DNA from: Aquificaceae bacterium
GTDB taxonomy: Bacteria > Aquificota > Aquificia > Aquificales > Aquificaceae
Direction of reading: 5' to 3'
Length of the DNA: 64,000 nt
Assembly (NCBI GenBank): GCA_041640635.1
Contig: JBEPZX010000001.1
Span: 96,001 to 160,000 of the forward strand
This document shows positions 30,349 through 40,486 of the stretch, one piece after another. Position 1 is the first letter of the stretch. Each line of letters starts with the position of its first letter. The notes under the pieces were generated by a model. The model did not search any database. It was not told the DNA's origin and saw nothing but the letters and a program-made list of their open reading frames with translations. Position numbers and translations under genes: made by a program.

Positions 30349-31197
30349 ATGAGAGGTTTATGGAACGATAGGTTCCTTCTGGGGATTGAGGAAATTGATA
30401 AACAGCATAAAACACTTGCAGAAATTTTAGAAAAGTTTGGTCAAATTGTGGCGGATGGTAATCACCAAGCAGCTAAGGACTTTCTTTTAACCAAGATAAA
30501 GGAATACATAGAATTTCATTTTTCCTACGAAGAGGCATTCCAGGAATCCATAGGTTATCCTGAACTGGAACAACACAGAAAGACCCATCAGGTATTTGTA
30601 AAAGAGTATGAAAAGGTTTTAGAACTTTTGGATAAGGAAGATAAAAGTGCAATTGATGAGCTAAATAACTTTCTAATAGGTTGGTTGTTTACACATATAG
30701 ATAAGACAGATAGAAAGTATGCAGAATTTTATTTTGAGAAAAATAAAAGTAAAGAACAAAAGTTTTATAAGGTAGATGTTGCGAAAAGTTTATGGAATGA
30801 TAGGTTTCTCCTAGGAATCGAAGAAATAGAAATTGATAACCAACACGAAGGTTTTGCACGAATGTTAGAGGAGTTTTTGCATATGGTAGCACAAGAAAAT
30901 TACGAAAAAACTAAGGAACACCTATTAACCAAAGTTAAGGAATATATAGACCTTCATTTTCCCTATGAAGAGGCTTTTATGGAATCCATCGGCTATCCTG
31001 AGCTAGAGCAACATAAGAAGGCACATAAACTGTTTATAAACGAATATAACAAAGTTTTGCAACTCTTAAAGGAAGAAGATTCAAAAGAAAGAATAAGAGA
31101 ATTAAGCAGTTTCTTAATTGGTTGGCTTTTTACACACATTGATAAAACAGATAAAAAATTCGCAAAGTTTTATCACGAAAAGAATAAAGCGCCATAA
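30349..31197 (+). CDS. Tandem two-domain bacteriohemerythrin (start 30349 or 30331)
   Basis: Two copies of W...GI.EID.QH...HF.YEE...H...H...WL..HI...D. Confidence 0.9.
   Translation: MRGLWNDRFLLGIEEIDKQHKTLAEILEKFGQIVADGNHQAAKDFLLTKIKEYIEFHFSYEEAFQESIGYPELEQHRKTHQVFVKEYEKVLELLDKEDKSAIDELNNFLIGWLFTHIDKTDRKYAEFYFEKNKSKEQKFYKVDVAKSLWNDRFLLGIEEIEIDNQHEGFARMLEEFLHMVAQENYEKTKEHLLTKVKEYIDLHFPYEEAFMESIGYPELEQHKKAHKLFINEYNKVLQLLKEEDSKERIRELSSFLIGWLFTHIDKTDKKFAKFYHEKNKAP
30358..31185 (+). repeat. Internal tandem duplication of the hemerythrin domain (~30358-30745 and ~30790-31185)
   Basis: Recognisable at DNA level, e.g. ttatggaaYgataggttYct and acacaYatWgataaRacagata. Confidence 0.85.
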
Positions 31198-31204
31198 AAC
31201 ATCC

Positions 31205-31549
31205 TTATTCCCAATACTCAGCTCCACCATGCTGAGTTTCCCATACCACTACTTTTCTTAAGGTGGGGTATTTGGATTTTAGTTGTTTATACAACCACTG
31301 GGCTACGTTTTCTGCGCTTGGAGAGAAATCGAAAACCTCGTTTAGACAAGTGTAATCTGGTAGAAGCTCGCTCAGGTGTTTGTCTATTTCTATAAAATCG
31401 TAACCCATTCCTCCTTTGTCCACTTGGTCTGCCTCTATAAAGACTTCCACCGTCCAAGTGTGACCATGCAAAGGTTCGGGCTTTCCGTGGTAATCGGTAA
31501 GAAAATGAGCAGCGTTGAACTGTTTTTTTACTCTCACCATCCAGGGCAT
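31205..31549 (-). CDS. PTPS/QueD (COG0720) family protein with PTPS-III-type ExxHGH motif
   Basis: FNAAH...PEPLHGH, SAENVA, VWET; GGAGG SD favours start at 31549. Confidence 0.85.
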   Translation of the reverse strand: MPWMVRVKKQFNAAHFLTDYHGKPEPLHGHTWTVEVFIEADQVDKGGMGYDFIEIDKHLSELLPDYTCLNEVFDFSPSAENVAQWLYKQLKSKYPTLRKVVVWETQHGGAEYWE

Positions 31550-31550
31550 A

Positions 31551-31784
31551 TCAGTCCTCCAAACTTTCACCTCTTAAAAGCCTTTGTGCGTAATTTACAC
31601 ATGCCAAAACAGTGAACATAAGAGCGTGATTTTCCATTTTATCGAAAGTCTCTTTGACTATAAGACTACCATCTTCCTTCTCCACAAGTTTTATGTATTC
31701 CAAAGCTTTAGCACCCAAGTATTTATTTTGAATCTTTTCCAAAATTTTTTCCTTCATCCATTGAGGAAGTTCCATCTCCTTCAT
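31551..31784 (-). CDS. Hypothetical protein
   Basis: GGAGG SD, coupled to both neighbours in the operon. Confidence 0.7.
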   Translation of the reverse strand: MKEMELPQWMKEKILEKIQNKYLGAKALEYIKLVEKEDGSLIVKETFDKMENHALMFTVLACVNYAQRLLRGESLED

Positions 31785-32808
31785 CTTCTACCTCCGCAGT
31801 AGTTATAAAAAGAGGTTTCATGCCAAAATAAAACCTTCCTATTTTAAAGGTATACAAATAACCATAAATTACAAAGTGCGGTGAGCCATTAATTTTTAAA
31901 TTAAGCATAGAGCCTTCATAAATCCTTTCTTCATCCCTGTTTTTTAGAAAGATTAAGGAATTTTTGTAAGGGGAAATAACTATTAAGTTCCTTTTTTGAC
32001 TATAAACTATGGAAGGTTTTTTATCAAAAGAAACTACTATTTGTTCTTTTTTCAGTGCCTCTATAAACTCTCGTTTACTATTTATGCTGCTTTCCGAAAT
32101 TAGAAAGTTTCTCATCATCTGAAAAGAATGCCTATAATGGGGAAACAAAAACCTTATACCCACTTCTCTTATGTAAATCTTTACATGATGGTCCAGACCG
32201 CCAAATACTTTGTTATTCCAGCCAGAGTTTATATATCTATTAGCAAAAAGCTTCAAATCTAAAACTCTTTTTAACAAAGAAAGCGCCCTTTGGGAAGAGA
32301 AGATGTATAGAAAAACCACTGCTGGTAAATACAAAAACAACAAGCCCTTTTTTAGCAAAAGATCATCCTTTAGATCTACAATCTCTACCAGCAAATCCTT
32401 CGATTTCTCCAGTTTCCAAGCGTATTTCTTCTTGAAGGGATGAGCTACCATACGAATACCATCAACAGTAAGAGCATCGCCTAAGATTTTACCCTCTTTG
32501 TCCGTTATTTTCTTTTCAATGCCTGCTACTATTTTTTCGTTGCTAAAGTACTTTATGTGATCATTATCGTGATCAGTAACTATAATGTAATCTATTTCTA
32601 AGTCTTGTGCAGCTTTATGTACATCTTCAGGCTTTCCAAGGGAATCGTACGAAAACTGAGTGTGCACGTGCGCTTGAAAGGAGTATATAAATACATCAGG
32701 TGGAACTACAGTTTCCTTTTGGGGTTGAACTTTTGGTAAATAAAAAATAGGTCTCGCAATTATGTATACCACATACAAAATAAAAATTCCAAGAATAAGC
32801 CACAGCAT
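31723..32808 (-). CDS. Membrane-anchored PHP-domain metallophosphoesterase
   Basis: HVHTQFSYDS, VTDHD, AHP, GLDHH; N-terminal TM. Confidence 0.75.
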   Translation of the reverse strand: MLWLILGIFILYVVYIIARPIFYLPKVQPQKETVVPPDVFIYSFQAHVHTQFSYDSLGKPEDVHKAAQDLEIDYIIVTDHDNDHIKYFSNEKIVAGIEKKITDKEGKILGDALTVDGIRMVAHPFKKKYAWKLEKSKDLLVEIVDLKDDLLLKKGLLFLYLPAVVFLYIFSSQRALSLLKRVLDLKLFANRYINSGWNNKVFGGLDHHVKIYIREVGIRFLFPHYRHSFQMMRNFLISESSINSKREFIEALKKEQIVVSFDKKPSIVYSQKRNLIVISPYKNSLIFLKNRDEERIYEGSMLNLKINGSPHFVIYGYLYTFKIGRFYFGMKPLFITTAEVEDEGDGTSSMDEGKNFGKDSK

Positions 32809-32811
32809 TAA

Positions 32812-33999
32812 TTAGTAAGTTAAACTCATTTTTTCTCTTACTTCTTCCAATGTAGCTTTAGCTATTTCTTGTGCTTTCTTGGAACCTTCGTAAAAAACAT
32901 CCCAAATCTGAGCTACGTTATCTTTTACCTTATTTCTCTTGTTTCTTATAGGTTCTAGAAAATTCTCAAGGTTTGAAAGCATTATTTTTTTACACTCTAC
33001 ACATCCAAGCTTGCCACCTTTGCAATCCTCTTCTATTTGGCTTACAACTTCCTCGGATGTAAATATCTTATGGTAAAAAAATACAGGGCATATTTGGGGT
33101 CTTCCTGGATCTCCTTTACGTAGTTTTTGTGGGTCCGTAAAAAACTTTATTACTTTTTGCTGAACTTCTTCTTTTGAATCTGCAAAGTATATGGCGTTAT
33201 TGTAAGATTTACTCATCTTTCTGCCATCTATACCTGGAAGTTTTGGTGTTTCTGTCAAGATAGCGGATGGTTCAGGGAAGGTTTCTCCGTACAAACTATT
33301 AAAACGTCTGGCGATTTCTCTCGTTAATTCTACGTGTGGTAACTGATCCTCTCCTACCGGTACACCTTGAGCCTTATAAATTAGTATGTCTACGGCTTGC
33401 AAAACAGGATAACCCAAAAAACCGTAGGTGTCCGTATCGTAAAAATCCTTCTTTGAAACGTTTAGTTCCTTTAGTAGGTCCTTTTCTATATGACCTTCAA
33501 AAGTTGAACGTATAAGGGAATCGCTTATGTCCTCCAAAAGACTTTCTTCCAGAGCTTCTACATCTTCTATCTTATAAGGTAACCTACCTATAAACTCTTT
33601 AAGTACGTCCCTAATACCTGCTCTAAACATAAGGTTAATATCAACTAGCTTAAGGAGGTTATACTTTAGGTCTTTGTAAGTAGGGTTCCACTCTAGCCAG
33701 CTCTTTGGTGTAATCATACTAAATAGCAAGAAAAGCTCTGCATGCTCTTTAACTTTGGATTGTAGAAAAAGAACACTCTTTTGAGGATCTAACCCTAAGG
33801 TAATCCAGTCTATCATCAGCTCTTGAATGTTTTCCTTGAGATGCTCAGTGTTTTTATAACCTGTTGTTAATGCATGCCAATCGGCTATAAAGAAAAAAGT
33901 TTCATGTTCTTCTTGAAGTGATACCCAATTTTTTATGACTCCAAAGTAGTGCCCCAGGTGCAGCTTACCAGTGGGGCGCATTCCACTCAATACTCTCAT
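32812..33999 (-). CDS. trpS: Tryptophan--tRNA ligase with internal insertion and 4-Cys motif
   Basis: HLGH, GYPVLQAVDIL, PVGEDQ, KMSKS. Confidence 0.96.
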   Translation of the reverse strand: MRVLSGMRPTGKLHLGHYFGVIKNWVSLQEEHETFFFIADWHALTTGYKNTEHLKENIQELMIDWITLGLDPQKSVLFLQSKVKEHAELFLLFSMITPKSWLEWNPTYKDLKYNLLKLVDINLMFRAGIRDVLKEFIGRLPYKIEDVEALEESLLEDISDSLIRSTFEGHIEKDLLKELNVSKKDFYDTDTYGFLGYPVLQAVDILIYKAQGVPVGEDQLPHVELTREIARRFNSLYGETFPEPSAILTETPKLPGIDGRKMSKSYNNAIYFADSKEEVQQKVIKFFTDPQKLRKGDPGRPQICPVFFYHKIFTSEEVVSQIEEDCKGGKLGCVECKKIMLSNLENFLEPIRNKRNKVKDNVAQIWDVFYEGSKKAQEIAKATLEEVREKMSLTY

Positions 34000-34418
34000 A
34001 CCATCTCTAAGTTAGAAAAGATAAATGAAATTTCATACTTGGCAGATTCTAAGGAATCGGAAGCGTGAATTGCGTTTTTCCCTTTATCTGTACCATATAA
34101 AGCTCTGATAGAATTTGGTGCTACTTTTCTTGCTTCTTCGCTATCAGTTGGACCAATGATTTCTCTAACTCTTGCTATGGCATTTTCACCTTCCAATACA
34201 CAGGCTACAATGGGACCAGAGGTCATAAACTCTACAAGCTCTTGGTAAAAAGGTCTTTCTTTGTGGACTATGTAAAAGTTTCCTGCTTGTTCTTTTGTGA
34301 ACTTTAAAAGCTTCATAGCTCTTATCTTAAAACCTTCCTGAATAAACCTATCAATGATTTTCCCAGTAGCGCCCTTTTCAAAAGCATCAGGCTTAACAAT
34401 TATCAAAGTCCTTTCCAT
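33996..34418 (-). CDS. ndk: Nucleoside diphosphate kinase
   Basis: ERTLIIVKPDA, NAIHASDS. Confidence 0.97.
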   Translation of the reverse strand: MERTLIIVKPDAFEKGATGKIIDRFIQEGFKIRAMKLLKFTKEQAGNFYIVHKERPFYQELVEFMTSGPIVACVLEGENAIARVREIIGPTDSEEARKVAPNSIRALYGTDKGKNAIHASDSLESAKYEISFIFSNLEMV

Positions 34419-34419
34419 C

Positions 34420-34947
34420 TTAACCTCCTAGTCTTTCCATAGATCTCTTTATTGAAGCGTCTATAACAAAGGATGGTGTTTTCACTATAAATCCACCTAT
34501 TATGCTTGGGTCTTCTTGAACCTCAAGGCTTATGTCTCTACCGAGCATTTTAGATACTTTCTCTCTTATCCTTTCCACTAGCTCTTTATCTACCGGTGTA
34601 GCCAAAACCAAGAATCCTTTGGAAAGCTTGAGAACTTTTTCCATTTCGTACTGAAAAGCTCGCCTAATCTCATTTATGAGAGGTATGAGATTAAGTTCAA
34701 CAAGTTGTTTAAGTATGTCTACAGCTTCTTTAGGTAAATTGAAACGTTCAGCCAAAGCTTTAATATAACTTACCTTTAAATCGTTGCTTACCAAAGGATT
34801 GAGAATGAAGTCCTTTACTTCCTTTTCCTTTTTATAAAGTTGTGAAAAGAAGGTAAGAAAATCTAAAGCGTTTTCTAAGGTTTCCTTATCCTTTGGCAGC
34901 TTGTTTATCAATAACTTTGCAGCTCTTATAGCGTTTTCCTTTTTCAT
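34420..34947 (-). CDS. atpH: ATP synthase F1 delta subunit
   Basis: DPSIIGG..V....VIDASI; follows the two b subunits. Confidence 0.88.
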   Translation of the reverse strand: MKKENAIRAAKLLINKLPKDKETLENALDFLTFFSQLYKKEKEVKDFILNPLVSNDLKVSYIKALAERFNLPKEAVDILKQLVELNLIPLINEIRRAFQYEMEKVLKLSKGFLVLATPVDKELVERIREKVSKMLGRDISLEVQEDPSIIGGFIVKTPSFVIDASIKRSMERLGG

Positions 34948-35438
34948 TGCTTTTCCTCCAATACCTTCAAGGACTTCTCAATGTAAGACTTTTGAATTTC
35001 CGTATTTTGGAAGCTTTTCTGAAGTTCTTGAACAGCTAACTCCTTTGCCCTTGCTAATGCGTACTGGTAAAGTTCTTGTTTGGCTTTCTTGGTTTCTATC
35101 TCTATAGCTTCTTTGGCTTTTGCGCGAACCCTTTGAGCTATTTCTTCTAGTCTTTTTTTCTCTTCTTCTTCGTTGACTTTTACCATATTCTTAACCATCT
35201 TTAATTGCTCAGCATACCTTCTTTTTGCATCTTCGTATGCAGCTTTCGATTTTTCGTAATGTTCACGGGCTTTCTTCAGCTCCTCTTCGGATGTATCTAA
35301 CTTTTGAGTTAAACTCTGAAAAAAGTTATTGAATGCTTGGGATATGGGCTTTCTTCCAAACCAGTAAACAATTAGCAAAAATAAGAGTATATTGAATCCT
35401 TTCCAAACTAACTCTAAAGTATGATGCCCTTCACTCAT
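34944..35438 (-). CDS. atpF: ATP synthase F0 subunit b
   Basis: N-terminal TM (WKGFNILLF...KPI) plus charged coiled coil. Confidence 0.85.
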   Translation of the reverse strand: MSEGHHTLELVWKGFNILLFLLIVYWFGRKPISQAFNNFFQSLTQKLDTSEEELKKAREHYEKSKAAYEDAKRRYAEQLKMVKNMVKVNEEEEKKRLEEIAQRVRAKAKEAIEIETKKAKQELYQYALARAKELAVQELQKSFQNTEIQKSYIEKSLKVLEEKQ

Positions 35439-35875
35439 GCTGCTTCCTCCAGAATTCTCTTCACTATAAGCTGCGCTATATGTTGTATATGCGTCTCCAT
35501 CTTTGCTTTTTCTTCTTCGAGAGACTTTCTTATTTCTTGAGTAGCCTTTTCTGTTTCTCTCTGAGCTTCTTCTTCAGCTTTAGCAAGTATTTCAGCTTTT
35601 ATTTTCTCTATGTTTTTCCTTGACTCATTCAATATGTCGTTGGATTCCCTTTTTCCCTGTTCTAGAATCTTGGATGCTTCATTCAAAAGCTTAGATGATT
35701 CTTCCTGGAGTTTCTTTATTTCCTCTTCCATTCCCTTTATGGTGCTTTCTCTTTCTTCAATAACTTTTCCATAAGGTTTTACCAACACAGAGCTTACTAC
35801 AGCTACAAATATTAGAAAAAGTATCAACTGGACAAACAGAGTGATATTGGGATACATAGCTTGCTGTATTTCCAT
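35435..35875 (-). CDS. ATP synthase F0 subunit b'
   Basis: PNITLFVQLILF...KP...IEER. Confidence 0.85.
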   Translation of the reverse strand: MEIQQAMYPNITLFVQLILFLIFVAVVSSVLVKPYGKVIEERESTIKGMEEEIKKLQEESSKLLNEASKILEQGKRESNDILNESRKNIEKIKAEILAKAEEEAQRETEKATQEIRKSLEEEKAKMETHIQHIAQLIVKRILEEAA

Positions 35876-35892
35876 ACCGTACCTCCGAAATC

Positions 35893-36339
35893 TTATTTTA
35901 TCATACTTTCTATGTCTTTGATCAGGTGTACTCTTCTTTCGTGTCTTCCACCTTCAAATTCCGTATTTAACCATGCGTCTACTATGGCAATAGCCAGATC
36001 TTCACCTATAATTCTATCGCCTAAACAAAGTACATTTGCATCGTTGTGTTTTCTGCTCATACGAGCCATATACTCATTTAAACAAAGTGCAGCACGTATG
36101 CCTTTGAATTTGTTAGCAACTATAGACATTCCTATTCCAGTTCCGCATATCAGTATCCCTTTTTGTGCTTCTCCTTTTTGCACAGCCAAAGACACCTCTC
36201 TTGCAAAATTGGGATAATCTGTAGAATCTTCTGAGTGTGTACCAAAATCGAGAACTTGGTATTTATTTTCTAAAAGATAGTTTTTTATCTTCTCCTTGAG
36301 GTGGTATCCGGCGTGGTCTGAACCTACCGCAATTATCAT
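35893..36339 (-). CDS. rpiB: Ribose 5-phosphate isomerase B
   Basis: GSDHAG, CGTGIG, HNDAN, FEGGRH. Confidence 0.96.
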   Translation of the reverse strand: MIIAVGSDHAGYHLKEKIKNYLLENKYQVLDFGTHSEDSTDYPNFAREVSLAVQKGEAQKGILICGTGIGMSIVANKFKGIRAALCLNEYMARMSRKHNDANVLCLGDRIIGEDLAIAIVDAWLNTEFEGGRHERRVHLIKDIESMIK

Positions 36340-36371
36340 TTTGTAAATTCCTCCTTTTGTCTAATTATATT

Positions 36372-36899
36372 TCACCTTTGCAATAGATCTTTCATCATGT
36401 CAGATACAACTATCCTATCTTTTTCTACTTCCAGTACTATCTCCTTTACAAAGGGAACGTATAGTTTGTCTTCATCCAAAACTAAAAAAACATAAGGTTG
36501 TGATTCGTAAATGCCAGTTACTTTGCCAAGCTTTGTGCCATCTTTTGTGTAAACATCTAAACCCTCCAATTCAAAGTAGTAATACTCCCCTTTTTTCTTT
36601 TTGGGTAGATTTTCTTTTGGCAAAAAAACCCTAGCAGAAGCTACTTTTGAAGCGCTCTCAATAGAATCTATATCGTGCAGCTTTATGATCAAATCCTTTC
36701 CGTGCGATTTTAGTGATTCTATACTAAAAGTTACAAATTCACCTGTCTTCTTTTGCAAAAAGATGTTTTTTATTTTTTTCCAATGTCTCTTGTCCAAGTA
36801 AGGTTCAAGTCTTATCCATCCACTCAAGCCGTAAGTGCCTTTAAACTTTCCAACAATCACCATTTGAGATTGGTCATATTTTGCTTCGCCTTTTTGCAT
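36372..36899 (-). CDS. rimM: Ribosome maturation factor RimM
   Basis: VGK...YGLSG, EYYYFELEG, PRC barrel with VPFV. Confidence 0.88.
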   Translation of the reverse strand: MQKGEAKYDQSQMVIVGKFKGTYGLSGWIRLEPYLDKRHWKKIKNIFLQKKTGEFVTFSIESLKSHGKDLIIKLHDIDSIESASKVASARVFLPKENLPKKKKGEYYYFELEGLDVYTKDGTKLGKVTGIYESQPYVFLVLDEDKLYVPFVKEIVLEVEKDRIVVSDMMKDLLQR

Positions 36900-36937
36900 A
36901 GTTTAATTTAAATTAATACATTTTAAGGAGGAAAAAT

Positions 36938-37213
36938 ATGCAAGAACAAGAAAGAATGCCTACTTGGGAAGAAGTAGAAGCGGTATTGGATGAGATAAGA
37001 CCAGCTCTTAGGTTTGATGGTGGAGATGTAGAACTTGTAGATATAAAAGATGATGGCACTGTTCTTGTTAGAATGGTAGGTGCTTGTTCTGGCTGTGGCA
37101 TGTCTGTTCTTACTCTAAAAGCGGGAATAGAGAGAGCTTTAAGAAATAAGTTTCCTCAAATAAGAGAAGTAAAGGATGTCAACATGGACGTCCCTATGAG
37201 CTTCGGATTTTAA
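36938..37213 (+). CDS. NifU/NfuA C-terminal domain Fe-S carrier
   Basis: IRPAL..DGGD, GACSGC, TLKAGIE. Confidence 0.93.
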   Translation: MQEQERMPTWEEVEAVLDEIRPALRFDGGDVELVDIKDDGTVLVRMVGACSGCGMSVLTLKAGIERALRNKFPQIREVKDVNMDVPMSFGF

Positions 37214-37641
37214 TGCCCGTGATGCATTTTCATCATACCAGTACCCTTTTTGACGGGTGCTGTTATCTTCATCTCTCCGGACTTTTCAAACTTTAAGGTT
37301 ATATCCACGTTTTCACCTTCTTTGAGAGGTTTGTTCAAGTCGATGAGCATGATGTGAAGACCACCTGGTTTCAACTCAGCTTTCCCGTTAGCCGGAATAT
37401 CTATTGCCTTTACCCTTCTCATTTTACCATCTACAGTTTCATGAAGCTCTGTTATTTTGGAAGCATTGTTGGATGCATCTATTAGTCTGTCTGGTTCATC
37501 GCCAGTATTTTCAATAACCATGTAAGCTGCTGACATTTTCGAGGTTGGTGGCACTTCTCTGACCCATGCATCTTTAACGGTGATTTTAGGTGCTGCAAAG
37601 GCTATACTTGCAAGTAGAATACCAAACAGTGCCTTTCTCAT
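37210..37641 (-). CDS. Periplasmic copper chaperone PCu(A)C
   Basis: Signal peptide, ELHET...M, LKPGGLHIML, Met/His-rich tail. Confidence 0.92.
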   Translation of the reverse strand: MRKALFGILLASIAFAAPKITVKDAWVREVPPTSKMSAAYMVIENTGDEPDRLIDASNNASKITELHETVDGKMRRVKAIDIPANGKAELKPGGLHIMLIDLNKPLKEGENVDITLKFEKSGEMKITAPVKKGTGMMKMHHGH

Positions 37642-37737
37642 GGCAACCTCCTAAATAAAGAATTTTAATTATTAATGATATTCACGTTAATTTAAAAGAC
37701 AATAAAAAATAAATTCAGCATGACATCTGTTTTTCTA

Positions 37738-37811
37738 CCGGTCCGGCGGGAGTCGAACCCGCAACCTTGGGATCCGTAGTCCCACGCTCTGTCCAGTTGA
37801 GCTACGGACCG
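37738..37811 (-). tRNA. tRNA-Arg(ACG), CCA not encoded
   Basis: CGGTCCG...CGGACCG-G acceptor, anticodon arm TGGGA-CTACGGA-TCCCA, GTTCGACT. Confidence 0.95.
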
Positions 37812-37842
37812 TTATACTATAATATTATAAACTTTTAGGAGG

Positions 37843-38379
37843 ATGAGCATGGACGTAAGTAAGATACCCGCAGGTAAAAATCCACCCACAGATATTTACG
37901 TAGTGGTAGAGATTCCACAAGATAGCTCCATCAAATACGAACTTGATAAAGAAAGTGGAGCTGTATTTGTAGATAGATTTTTGTTTACAGCTATGCATTA
38001 TCCCTTTAATTATGGCTTTATACCTCAGACGCTAGCGGATGATGGAGATCCTGTAGATGTTTTGGTTGTATCTAGATATCCTGTAGCTCCTGGAAGCGTA
38101 ATAAGGTGTAGACCTATCGGTGGTTTACAGATGAAGGACGAAGAAGGAGTAGACACAAAGTTAATAGCCGTCCCTCACTCCAAAGTAGACCCTACTTACG
38201 ATAAAGTAAACTCTGTAACAGATTTACCAGAGATTTTGTTAAACAGAATAAAGCACTTCTTTGAACACTACAAAGAGCTAGAACCAGGTAAGTGGGTGAA
38301 GGTAGAAGAGTTTAAAGGAGTAGACTTTGCACTAGAAGAGATAAACAAAGGTATAGAGAATTTTAGAAACACTAAATGA
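37843..38379 (+). CDS. ppa: Inorganic pyrophosphatase (family I)
   Basis: [24 protein letters not shown]. Confidence 0.96.
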   Translation: MSMDVSKIPAGKNPPTDIYVVVEIPQDSSIKYELDKESGAVFVDRFLFTAMHYPFNYGFIPQTLADDGDPVDVLVVSRYPVAPGSVIRCRPIGGLQMKDEEGVDTKLIAVPHSKVDPTYDKVNSVTDLPEILLNRIKHFFEHYKELEPGKWVKVEEFKGVDFALEEINKGIENFRNTK

Positions 38380-39338
38380 CAAACATTATAGAAAAAGCCA
38401 AAAAAGTAATAGATATACAAATAGAGGAAATTTCAAGGCTCAGAGATAAGTTAGATGAAAATTTCGAAAAGGCTGTTAATTTTATACTCAATTGTAAAGG
38501 TAAGGTTATAACTACAGGTATTGGTAAATCGGGTCACATAGCACGTAAAATTGCTTCAACTTTTGCGAGTACTGGCACACCTGCCTTTTTCCTACATCCT
38601 TCTGAGGCTCTTCATGGCGATCTTGGTATGGTAGACGAAAAAGATATAGTCATAGCACTATCCAACAGTGGAGAATCGCAAGAAGTTTTGCAAATAATCC
38701 CTTATCTGAAATTTTTGGGTGTTCCCCTCATTTCTATAACCAATAACCCTTCTTCTGAGCTTGCAAAAAGATCTGATGTGCATATGAGTTTACATGTAAA
38801 AAAAGAGGCTTGTCCTTTAAATGTAGCACCAACGAGTTCTACAACCTGTGCTCTGGTTTTGGGAGATGCTTTAGCGATGGTTGTTTTGGAACTAAAAGGT
38901 TTTACTCAAGAAGCTTTCGCATTGAGACATCCAGGCGGAGCTTTGGGAAGAAAGCTGAAGAAGGTCATAGATCTTTACCATACTGGTCAAGAAATACCTT
39001 TGGTTGGAGAGTTGGATAGTATGCCTCAAGTTATACTGGAAATGACAAGTAAAGGTTTTGGTTCTGCTATTGTGGTAGACCAAGATGGTAAACTCAAAGG
39101 CATAATTACAGATGGGGACCTTAGGCGTTTTATAAACAAAGGTGGGGATATAAACAAAAGTAAAGCTTTGGATGTTATGACAAAAAACCCAAAAAAAGCT
39201 TATCCCGATGAGCTGGCAATGGAAGCTTTAAAGAGAATGGAGGACCACAAAATTACCGTTTTGCCTGTTGTAGATAAAGAGGATAAGGTTATAGGTATAA
39301 TCCATATGCACGATATTCTAAAGGCAGGTATAGTATGA
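38376..39338 (+). CDS. kdsD: Arabinose-5-phosphate isomerase (KpsF/GutQ, SIS plus CBS)
   Basis: [26 protein letters not shown]. Confidence 0.93.
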   Translation: MTNIIEKAKKVIDIQIEEISRLRDKLDENFEKAVNFILNCKGKVITTGIGKSGHIARKIASTFASTGTPAFFLHPSEALHGDLGMVDEKDIVIALSNSGESQEVLQIIPYLKFLGVPLISITNNPSSELAKRSDVHMSLHVKKEACPLNVAPTSSTTCALVLGDALAMVVLELKGFTQEAFALRHPGGALGRKLKKVIDLYHTGQEIPLVGELDSMPQVILEMTSKGFGSAIVVDQDGKLKGIITDGDLRRFINKGGDINKSKALDVMTKNPKKAYPDELAMEALKRMEDHKITVLPVVDKEDKVIGIIHMHDILKAGIV

Positions 39339-40486
39339 GAAAATTAGCCATATTTGGAAGTACAGGTTCTGTAGGTTCTCAGACTATAGAAGTTATAAGA
39401 GAATACAAATCAGACTTTCAAATAGTAGCTTTGTGCGCAAAAAGATCTTCTAAGGAGCTTCTGCAACAGGTTTTGGAATTCAAACCTAAGTACGTTCTTA
39501 CAGTGGAAGAGCCATCAAGAGAGTGGTTAGAGAGTTTGCCAAAGGAAACGGTATTTCTTAAGTTCGAGGAAGGGTTACAAGAGGTAATACAAAACTCCAG
39601 ATATGTACTAAACGCTATAGCTGGTGTAGATGGTTTACAAGTAACTTACGAGACACTTATAAGAGAGGGGAAAATACTTCTCGCATCCAACAAAGAGTCT
39701 ATAGTTTGTTTACCTAAGCTTGTCAAAGAAAATAGAGAAAGGGTTATCCCAGTAGATAGTGAACATAATGCACTCTTTCAACTTTTACAGATCGTTAGAG
39801 AAAAAGGTCTTCAGGATTTCGTAAAACGCATATATCTAACTGCTTCAGGTGGTCCCTTTAGGTCCAAAACTCTGGAAGAGATAGAGAATGTTTCTGTAGA
39901 GGATGCATTAAACCATCCTACATGGAAAATGGGAAGCAAAATTAGTATAGACTCTGCGACATTGATGAATAAAGGAATAGAGATTTTAGAAGCTTTATCT
40001 CTTTTTGATATAGAATTGGACAAAATAGATGTGGTTATTCATCCTCAAAGTGTTGTGCATGGAATTGTAGAACTAAAAGATCAATCTTTTATATTTCACG
40101 TATCTCAAGCTAACATGAAAATCCCTATACTCCACGCTCTTTTCTACCCAGAAAGAAAACCTTATCCTTTTGAAAGCAAAAATATACTAGATATGTCACC
40201 TATTACCTTTGAAAAAGTGGACGTTGATAAATTCCCGGCTATTTCTCTGTGTAAGTGGGTAGCTCAGATGTCTGGAGCCTATGTTCCAGTTTTGCTAGGT
40301 GCTGACGAAGTAGCTGTAGAGCTTTTCTTGGAGGGGAAAATAAAATTCACACAGATATACAAGATAGTGGAAGAAGTATTAAGTAGGTTAAACATTAAAG
40401 ACCCAGAGAATGTAGAGCAAATAAAAGCGGCTATAAACTGGGGCAAAGAGAAAGCTATGGAAGTTTACAGAGAGCTTTTGCAATGA
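39335..40486 (+). CDS. dxr: 1-deoxy-D-xylulose-5-phosphate reductoisomerase
   Basis: [33 protein letters not shown]. Confidence 0.96.
   Translation: MRKLAIFGSTGSVGSQTIEVIREYKSDFQIVALCAKRSSKELLQQVLEFKPKYVLTVEEPSREWLESLPKETVFLKFEEGLQEVIQNSRYVLNAIAGVDGLQVTYETLIREGKILLASNKESIVCLPKLVKENRERVIPVDSEHNALFQLLQIVREKGLQDFVKRIYLTASGGPFRSKTLEEIENVSVEDALNHPTWKMGSKISIDSATLMNKGIEILEALSLFDIELDKIDVVIHPQSVVHGIVELKDQSFIFHVSQANMKIPILHALFYPERKPYPFESKNILDMSPITFEKVDVDKFPAISLCKWVAQMSGAYVPVLLGADEVAVELFLEGKIKFTQIYKIVEEVLSRLNIKDPENVEQIKAAINWGKEKAMEVYRELLQ

Noticed and set aside
37665..37692. Fur-box-like TAATGATATTCA upstream of the PCu(A)C gene
   Set aside because: Only a partial match in very AT-rich sequence; cannot be told from chance
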